Part shown: positions 54,802 through 64,000 of the stretch, piece after piece
Layout: each line of letters starts with the position of its first letter
How positions within the stretch are numbered: position 1 is the stretch's first letter
NCBI RefSeq assembly: GCF_009914755.1
Contig: NC_060947.1
Reading direction: 5' to 3' (one strand)
Length of the DNA: 64,000 nt
Origin: the human T2T-CHM13v2.0 reference genome, Homo sapiens
Made by a program: the position numbers and the translations under genes
The notes under the pieces: generated by a model
Told to the model about the DNA's origin: nothing
Database searches by the model: none
What the model saw: the letters and a program-made list of their open reading frames with translations, nothing else

Positions 54802-57159
54802 CTATTTTGCTTCTAGAACACCATGATAAATCAGCCAATGCCACAAGTCTGTGTGAGTCAGACTATTTTGATTGTTATTTTACCTCTGCTTTTCATTACA
54901 ATATCTACAGTGACCTTGCCTTTGGCAGTTGATTGCTACCACTTGGCCTCTGCCACCCAAAGATCCAATTACTGCTATTGAATATAGGTTTTTTTGTTGT
55001 TTTTGTTGGGAGTGTTTGTGGTTTCCACTATAAGGTTTGGACTACAGAAAACAATGATTATGGAGCTTGTCAAAGATGCTAAGGCTTTCCTCATAAATTT
55101 ATATCTAAAAGCATTGATGAAAGACACATCTTCTGACTTTTGCCCCCTTGAGTGGTTAAATAGGTCTTAAATGATAAATCCACTCAAACATTTTAATCTC
55201 TCTAAGACTTTGAATTCCTTTCTTTATATTTAACCAAGGAAGTTTGGGTATTTTAAATTTGCTCATTGTGGACCCTCTTTTGATTCATATTTTAGCCAAC
55301 CAACCAAACAAACTGATAGAGCCTGATCTAACTTCAAAAGCTACAATATTAAATGCAGAATCTTTGTTTGGTGGGCTCTTATCACTAAATTCAATCAAAT
55401 TCAAATTTATGTCCTTCTACCATTATGAACACCCTTAATATCAATTCCCACACTTGTTCCGTTACCTTTGGCTTATATATATTAGAAAACTGAAGTACTT
55501 ATTTTGAATTGTAGTGCACTTTTGGAGGGCTCACACTTTGTATCTCATTTTTAAGGATCTGCTTGGACATAAGCCAGTGTATAAGTCTAGGAGCAAGAAG
55601 AGGTAATGAGAGTGAATTCTAAGGAGATTCAGCTTTGTATTTCATGACAACTGCCTCAGTGAAAAGCCATTACCATTTTATCAGGCAATGCAGGGTAAAT
55701 ATGCTCAGATAAATGTGGAAAAGCTAATAACACTGTAGGTGTAGAGACTGCTACAACTGGCGGTGGAGCTTTTATTTCCTTGAAGAAGAGAAGTCTTCCA
55801 CTGGCAAAAAAGACTCACCAAAATTTAGGGGCTCAAGGTGCCTAATTTAATCAGAGTCTTTCAAGACATCCCCATCCCAATTTACAGTATTTTATTATTC
55901 CCATTCTATGCCTTCTGTTTAACTGTAGACGTTTCGTGAGTCTGGGAATTCAACATGCCTTGTAAATTAGCCAATTATAGGATGGAGTCTTGCACTTTAA
56001 TTTTCAGCAATTTCAGCCCTGTGGCTATAGGAGATAAGGCTCATCCTCAGGGCACACCTGGAAGATGTTAGGACATTTATGTGGCTTTTAAGTTTGGAAT
56101 TTGAACCCCTGAGTTCATTATTTTTTCCTCACTTTGTCCTAGAACAATTAGAACCAAGCAACCAATGTAATTACATTTCTTAGTTTGCAAAAAATGTTCA
56201 AAACTATCATATACAGAATTACTTAGCTCCTTGCTTCTTATAAGCGGTTGACTAGGAGTATCAGATGCAGATATTTTGCATATTTCTATAAACATTTGAA
56301 GCTATGCTCTCTTTACCACTGGAAATAGTCATTTGCATCATAAACCTAATCAGATAAGACAGTCAATTCCAGAAACCCCAAAACCAAATTTCAAAAACTG
56401 ATCCTTAAAATTCTGTTCCGATAGAACCTTTCTCAGTATCAATATCTGTATTAATCGAAGTTCCTCAGAGAAACATAACCAACAGTATATATATTGATAT
56501 GTAAGAGAAGATTTGTTATGGGAATTGGTTTACACATTTATGGAGGCCATCAAGCCCTACAATATACCCTATATAAGCTGGAGGACCAGGAAAATCAGTG
56601 GTGTAATTTCATTTGAGTCTGAAGCCCTGAGAAACATAAAAAAGAGTTATGGGAGGAGTGCTGGCATAAGTCTCGGAGTCAGAAGGCCTAAGAAACAGGA
56701 CCTGTGATGCCCCAGGGCAGAAGATGGATGTCTCCGCTCATTAAAACAGAGCAAGAAATTTGCCCCCTTCACCTTTTTTTGCTCTATTCGGCTCTCAATG
56801 AATTGCATTATGCTCATCCACATTGGTGAGGGGGGATCTTCTTCACTCAGGATACTGATTCAAATGTTAATCTCCTCTAGATACAGCCTCACAGACACAC
56901 CCAGAAATATTTTCTCAGCTATCTGGAAAATTCAAATTAGTGGAGTTGAAACATAAAATTAACTATCACAGTAATCATGTCCTAATTCCACATACATACA
57001 GTCACATGTATGAAGACAAGTACGCTTTCTATAGTACTGGTCCAAGTGAAAAACTATGGGTGAAATAATTATTTTGCTTAAATAAATAATATTTTTAATC
57101 TCTTTAAAAATTTTGGATATTATTTTTGAGAACTATAAATTTCTTAGTAGTTGAAGCAA

Positions 57160-58560
57160 ATTTCACAAAATTCAGCATCATTTTATAATAAAAACACTCA
57201 AGAAACTAGGAATAGAGGGAACTTCCAAAACATGAAAAAGGACATTTATGATAAACCCAAAGCTAACAAATACTTAATGGTGAAAGACTGAAAGTTTCCC
57301 CTGCAAGATCAGGAGCAAGACAAACATGTCTATTCTCCCGACTTCTATTCAGCATTGTACTAAAAGTTCTATCCAGAACAATTAGGCAAAAAAAGTAAAT
57401 AAAATACTTATTAATTGGGAAAGAAGAAGTGAAACCATAACCGTTTGCAGATGACATGATCTTGTGTATATAAAATTCTGATGATTCTACAAACGACTAT
57501 TAGAGCTAATAAATGAATTAAGAAAAGTTGCAGGATACAAGATCAAACCAAAAAGTAACTTTTATTTCTATATACTAGTAACAATTCAAAAAAGAAATTT
57601 TAAAATTTTCATTTACAAAAACAACAAAAGAATAAAATCCTTAGGAATAATCATAACCAAGGAGGTGCGGAAGTTGTACATTGAAAGCTGTAAAACAGTG
57701 ATTACAGCAATAAGACATAAGCAAATAAAAAGCATCTCATGTTCATAGATTCGAAGATCTAATATTGTTAATATGGCAATGTGCCCAAAGCAATCTGCAG
57801 ATTCAATGGACATCCTATCAAAATCTCAATGGCCTCTTTTGTAGCAATGAAAAAGCAGATTCTAAAATTCATATGTAATTGTAAGGGATGCTGAATATCC
57901 AAAATAAAGATGGGCAAAGAAGAACAAACTTAGAGGAGTTACACATTCCAACTTCTAAACTCATTACAAAGCTGCAGTGATTACCACTATGCAGTACCCA
58001 CATAAGGATAGATGTGTAGTTCAACTGAATGGAATTGAGAGTGCAAAAATAAAACCATGTGTCTATGGTCTACTGACTTTTGTTAAGACTGTTAAGATTA
58101 TTCAATGATAGAAATAATAGATGTTTCAACAAGGGGTGCTGGGACAAATTTTATTTTTCACAAAAATTAACTCAAAATAAATATCTAAATAAAAGAGCTT
58201 AAACTATAAAACACTTAGAAGAAAACATAAGGAGAAATATCCATGATTTTGGATTTCACAGTCAATTCTTAGATATAATTACAAAAGCCTGAGTGACAAA
58301 ATAAGATATATTTATATACACACACACACACGTGTATTAACATATGAAAATATATATATTAAAGTTATATATATAAGGCTTTATTAAACTTCAAAATTTT
58401 GTGCATCAAAGGACAATATTAAGAGAGTAAGCAAAAAATAACAGAGAATAAGATAAAATATTTGCAAAGAATATCTGATGATGGATTATATCTAGAACAC
58501 ATAAAGGATTCTTACAACTCAGTAACAGAAATAAATAACCCATTTAAAAACTGTTAAAGG
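57160..58560 (+). mobile_element. L1M ORF2 fragment
   Basis: aaaattcagcatc..ttgcagatgacatgatcttg (FADDM), degraded. Confidence 0.85.
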
Positions 58561-58734
58561 CAATAATAAATTTACAGCATACAGCCAACTGAGCTTTGAC
58601 AAGGATGCTGAAAATATATAATGGGGGAAAGGATTGCATCTTTAATAAATGGTATCAGATGCAGAAAACTGATATATACACATCAGTTGGGAAAACTGTA
58701 TATACACATGCCAAAAAAAAGAATAAGAAGAGTC

Positions 58735-61700
58735 AGGGCCAAGATGGCCAACCACAAACAACAGTGATCAGAGGCTCCCACCGAAAAGATCCAAAGCAGC
58801 ATGTGAATCATGCACTGGCAACCGAGGTATCAAGGTTCTGTCATTAGGACTGACTGGGTGGCTGGCGTTACCCACAGAGAGGAAGGAAGAGCAGTGTGGT
58901 GCAGCGGCTCACCTGAGAGTCACATGGGGCAGGAGAGCCCCCACCCCCAGCCAAAAGAGGTGGAAGTGAGCATGCTCCCCAGCCTGGGAATCCATGCTTT
59001 TTCCATGGAACTGTGTATCCCATGGATCAAAAGATCCTACTTTTGTGAGGTGTGACCATGTCACCAGGGCTTTGGGTCCCAAACACTGAGCCATGCAGAT
59101 TCTTACTCAGCTAGACTTGGCCTAAGCAGGCCGAGTTCCCAGGGGGAGGGGCAGCCATCACCACTGCTGTGGCTGCCTGATATCTAAGCCATCTGAGCTC
59201 CTTGGGGGAGGGGTGGCAGCCAACACTGCAGGTGCAGGGCCTTCCTGCAGAAAATTTAACTGCAGCCAGTAGCTCAGGGACAGAACTCTAATCTCCCTGG
59301 GCCTAAACCACTAATGGTGGGGGGGGGGTGGTGGCATAGTCTCCATGAATCAGCAGACTTAGTCTTTCCACCTGCTAACTCTGAGGAATCTGGGCAGCCC
59401 AGATGAGTGGGTTTCCCCCCAGCGCAGCATACCTCCTCCACCAAGGGGCAGCCAAAGGTCTTTGTTAAACAGGTCCTGCTTCCCATGCCCCCAACTGAAT
59501 GAGAACCCCTGAATAGGGGTAGTCAGACATCCTATACAGAAATGTCTCTACTGGCATCATGTTGGTGCCCCTCAACGTCAGACATCCCAGGAAGATTCAG
59601 GCACCCATCTTTGCTGTTCTCCATCATCCTGGAGTGACATTTCCAGGTGCAGGAGTGAACCAGAAGAAGAGGGTCTAAAGTGAACACCCATCATGCTGCA
59701 GCAGCCCTACAGAAGAGGGACCTGACTATTAAAAGAAAAACAAACAGAAAACAACAAGAGCATCGACCAAAAACAGTCCCCCCAAAAACCTCATCCAAGG
59801 GTCAGTAACCTCAAAGATCAAAACTAGACAAATTCATCAAGATGAGAAAGAATCAATGAAAAAATGCAGAAAACCCCAAAAAACCAAAATGTCTCTTCTC
59901 CAATAATCGCAACAGCTCTTCAGCAAGGGTGCAGAATAGGATGGAGAATGAGATCGACAAATTGATAGAAGTAGGCTTCGGAAGGTGGGTAGTAACAAAT
60001 TTCGCTGAGGTAAAGGAGCATATTACCCAATGCAAAGAAGGTAAATCATTTTATGAGGCCAACATTATCTTTTTTTTTTTCTTTTTTTGAGATGGAGTTT
60101 TGCTCTTGTCACCCAGGCTGGAGTGCAATGGTGCGATGTTGGAGGCCAGCATCATCTTGATACCAAAACCTCACAGAGACACAACAACAAAAAATTCAAG
60201 CCAATATCCATGAGGAATATTGATGTAAATATTCTCAATAAAATACTGACAAACTGAATCCAGCAGCACATCAAAAAGCTTATCCACCATGATCAAGTCG
60301 GCTTTATCCCTGGGATGCAAGCCTGGTTCAACATACACAAATAAATAAATGTAATCCATCACATAAACATAAGTAGTGAGAAAAAACACATGATTATCTC
60401 AATAGATGTAGAAAAGGCCTTTGATAAATTTCAATATGGCTTTATGTTAAAAACTCTCAATAAAGTAGGCATTGATGAAACACATCTCAAAATAATAAAA
60501 GCTATTTATGACAAATCCATAGCCAATATCATACCGAATGGGCAAAAGCTGGATGCATTTCTCTGAAAACTGGCACAAGACAAGGATGCCCTCTCTCACC
60601 ATTTTTATTCAACATAGTATTGGAAGTTCTGGCCAGGGTGATCAGGTAAGAGAAATAAATAAACTATATTCAAATAGGAAGAGAGGAAGTCAAACTGTCA
60701 CTGTTTGCAGATGACATGATACTATATATAGAAAACCCAATTATCTCATCCCTAAAATTTCTTAAGCTGGTAAGCAACTTCAGCAAAATCTCAGGATACA
60801 AAATCAATGTGCAAAAATTACAAGCATTCTTATACACCAACGATAGACAGACAGCCAAATCATGGATGAACTCCCATTCACAATTGCTACAAAGAGAATA
60901 AAATACCTAGGAATACAGCTAACAAAGGATGTGAAGGACTTCTTTGACAAGAACTACAAACCACTGCTCAAGGAAATCAGTGAGGACACAAACAAATGGA
61001 AAAGCATTCCATCCTCATGGATAGGAAGAATCAATATTATGAAAATGGTTACACTGCCCAAAGTAATATATAGATTCAATGCTATTCCCATGAAGCCACC
61101 ATTGACATTTTTCACAAAATTAGAAAAAACTACTTTAAAATTTATATGGAACCAAAAAAAAGCTTGCATAGCCAAGACAATCCTAAGCAAAAAGAACAAA
61201 GCTGGAGGCATCATGCTTCCTGACTTCAAACTACACTACAAGGCTACAGTAACCAAAACAGCATGGTACTGGTACCAAAAGAGACAGAATAGAGACCTCA
61301 AAAATAAGACCACACATTTACAACTACCTGATCTTTGACAAACCTGACAAAAACAAGCAATGGGGAAAGGATTCCCTATTTAATAAATGATGCTGGGAAA
61401 ACTGGCTAGGCATATGCGGAAAACTGAAAAAGGACCTCTTCCTCATCCATTATACAAAAATTAACTCAAGATGGATTAAATACTTAAATGTAAAACTCAA
61501 AACTATAAAAACTCTAAAAATCACAGAAGCAATACCATTAAGGACATTGATATGGACAAAGATTTTTTGATAAAATTGCCAAAAGCAATTACAACAAAAG
61601 CTAAAATTGACAATTGGGATCTAACTAAACTAAAGAGCTTCTGCAAAACAAAAGAAACTATCATCAAAGCAAACAGGCAACCTCCAGAATCAGAGACAAT

Positions 61701-62622
61701 TTTTGCAATCTACCCATCTGACAAAGGTCTAATATCCAGAATTTACAAGAAACTTAAAAAAATTTACAACAACAAAAAAACTCCATCGAAAAGAGGGCAA
61801 GGTATATGAACAGACACTTCTCTAAAAAAAGACATTTATGCAGCCAACAAATATATGAAATAAAGCTCAGCATCACTGATCATTAGATAAATGCAAATCA
61901 AAACCACAATGAGATACCATCTTATGCCAGGCAGAATGGTAACTATTAAAAAGTCAAGAAACAACAGATTCTGGCTAGACTGTGGAGAAAGAGGAACACT
62001 TTTACACTGTTGGAAAGGATGTACATTAGTTCAACCTTTGCTGAAGACAGTGTGGAGATTCTTCAAGGATCTAGGACCAGAAACAGCATTTGACCCAGAA
62101 ATCCCATTACTGAGTATATACCCAAAGTTATATGAATTATATTATGAAGAGACATGCACAAGTATGTTCATTGCAGCATCATTCACAATAGCAAAGTCAT
62201 GATATAAACCCAAATTCCCATCAATGATAGACTGGATAAAGAAAACATGGTACATATACACCATGGAATACTATGCAGCCATAAAAAAATGGATTATGTC
62301 TTCTACCAGGACATAGATGAAGCTGGAAACCATCATCCTCAGCAAACTAACACAAGAACAGAAAACCAAACACCACGTGTTCTCACTCATAAGAGGGAGT
62401 TGAACAATGAGAACACATGAACACAGGGAGGGAAACAACACACACTGAGACCTGTTGGGAGCAGGCTCAATGGGAGGGAGAGCATCAGGAAAAATAGCTA
62501 ATGCATGTGGGGCTTAAAACTGAGATGACAGGTTGATAGGTACAGCAAACTATGATGGCACATGTATACCTATGTAACAAAACTGAACATTCTGCACATG
62601 TATCCCAGAACTTGAGGTAAAA

Positions 62623-62653
<31 letters not shown>

Positions 62654-62657
62654 ATAG
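58735..62657 (+). mobile_element. Older L1PA (PA8-13-like) with 5' UTR and 3' end but a large internal deletion
   Basis: Starts gggccaagatggcc; 5' UTR, ORF1 start ~59842, jump to mid-ORF2 at ~60041, ORF2 pieces, (TAAA)n tail 62618-62655. Confidence 0.92.
60071..60141 (-). mobile_element. Severely 5'-truncated AluS (~53 bp plus tail)
   Basis: T-tail + gagatggagttttgctcttgtcacccaggctggagtgcaatgg; TSD gaggccaacattatctt / gaggccagcatcatctt. Confidence 0.9.
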
Positions 62658-64000
62658 AAATAAAATTGTACTCTTAGATTACACCAGGCATACAAATCAA
62701 CTCAAAATACATTAAAGACTCAAACATATGACCTGAAATTATAAAACTCTTGAAAAAAAACATAGGGGACATTTCTCAACATTGGCTTTGGCAATGATTT
62801 TGTGCATGTACAACTAAAACCACAGACAATACAAGCAAAAAATATACAAATAGGATTACATCAAACTAAGAAGCTTCTGTACAGCAAATGAGATGACAAA
62901 CAAAATATAAAAACAAACCATAGAATGGGAGAAAATACTTTGAACCATTTATCTGCCAAGAGATTAATATCAAAAAAGTGTAAGAGACTCTTAAATCTTA
63001 ATAGTAAGAAGAAACAGAAAAAAAACTGATTAAAGAAATAGGCCAAGGACTTGAAAACATATTTATATAAGGAAGACATATCAATGGTCAATGGGTATAT
63101 AAAATGGTGCTCAGCATCACTTATTATCAGGGAAATGCAAATCAAAATCACAATAAGCTATTACTTCACACCTGTTAGGATGGCTGTATTAAAAAAAACA
63201 TACAAAAGGTAAAAAGTGTAGGCAATGATGTGAAGAAAATGAACCCTTGTACATTGTTGGTAAAAAAAAGTAAATTTGTGCAGCTACTATAGAAAACAGA
63301 ATAGAGCCTTTTAAAAGTTTAAAATGGAACTATAATATGATTCAGTAATCCCAAGTCTGAGTATATAGCTAAAGGAATTTAAATAAAAATCTCAAAGAAA
63401 ACTTCATTCCCACGTTCATTGCAGCATAATTCACAATAGCCAAGACAGAGGAGCAAGCTAAATGTCCATTCATGAGGTGATATATAAAGAAAATAGGGTA
63501 CTGCCTATACCTATAATAGAATATTATTCAGTTTTGGAAAATAAGAAACTCCTGCCATTTGTTACAACATGGATAAAATTGCAGGAAGTTAGTCTAATGT
63601 CCTTCTAAATAATACCACTTATATGATAAATCAAAAATAGTCAAACTCTTAAGAGCAAAGTGCTGGGGGCATGAGAAAATGTAGAGGTATAAGCTAAAGG
63701 TACCACAGTATTGGTTATACAAGATAAATAAGACCTAGAGACCTACTGCAGCATAGTACCTATAGTTTACAATAATATATTTTATATTTTAAAAAATTGT
63801 TAAGAGGATATATCTTATTTATTCTTATCACAAAATAGTAATAATAATAATGTAATAAAGGGGATGGGAGAAAACTTTTGGAGTTGATGGATAGGTTTAT
63901 ATTATAGATTATATTGATGTTTGCATGGGTTTATACTTATCTCCCATCTCATTAACTGGTATGCATTAAATCTATACAACTCTTTGTATGTCAATCTTTC

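Larger units (their letters stand above)
58575..64000 (+). mobile_element. L1MA/L1MB 3' element, split by the L1PA insertion (pieces ~58575-58728 and ~62658-64000)
   Basis: ORF2 is colinear across the insertion (atacacatgccaaaa..| aaattgtactcttagattacacca); L1MB-type 3' UTR at 63650-64000. Confidence 0.8.

Overview
AT-rich, CpG-poor primate (most likely human, Xq21) genomic DNA. It contains one protein-coding gene, P2RY10, a class A GPCR (lysophosphatidylserine receptor LPS2), on the + strand. The gene has a non-CpG promoter with a PU.1/Spi-B site (~6.2 kb), three non-coding 5' exons (~6.2-6.36, 8.68-8.72 and 13.05-13.20 kb) and one coding exon (CDS 21392-22411, 339 aa). From ~25 kb to the end the window is almost all nested transposon fossils: L1 of several ages, Alu, MIR, L2, a MER11 LTR, full MST and THE1 elements and an MLT2/ERV-L provirus remnant. 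I found no evidence of a new multi-gene system. The most interesting unexplained signals are (1) a 93-bp-arm intronic inverted repeat at 15753-15963 that I cannot assign to a repeat family, (2) a splice-dependent chain of overlapping uORFs in the P2RY10 leader, including an exon 2-to-4 join that would extend the receptor N-terminus in frame, and (3) AG|GT recursive-type splice sites on the leader exons. Repeat subfamily names and the UTR exon assignments come from visual recognition and recall, not database searches.
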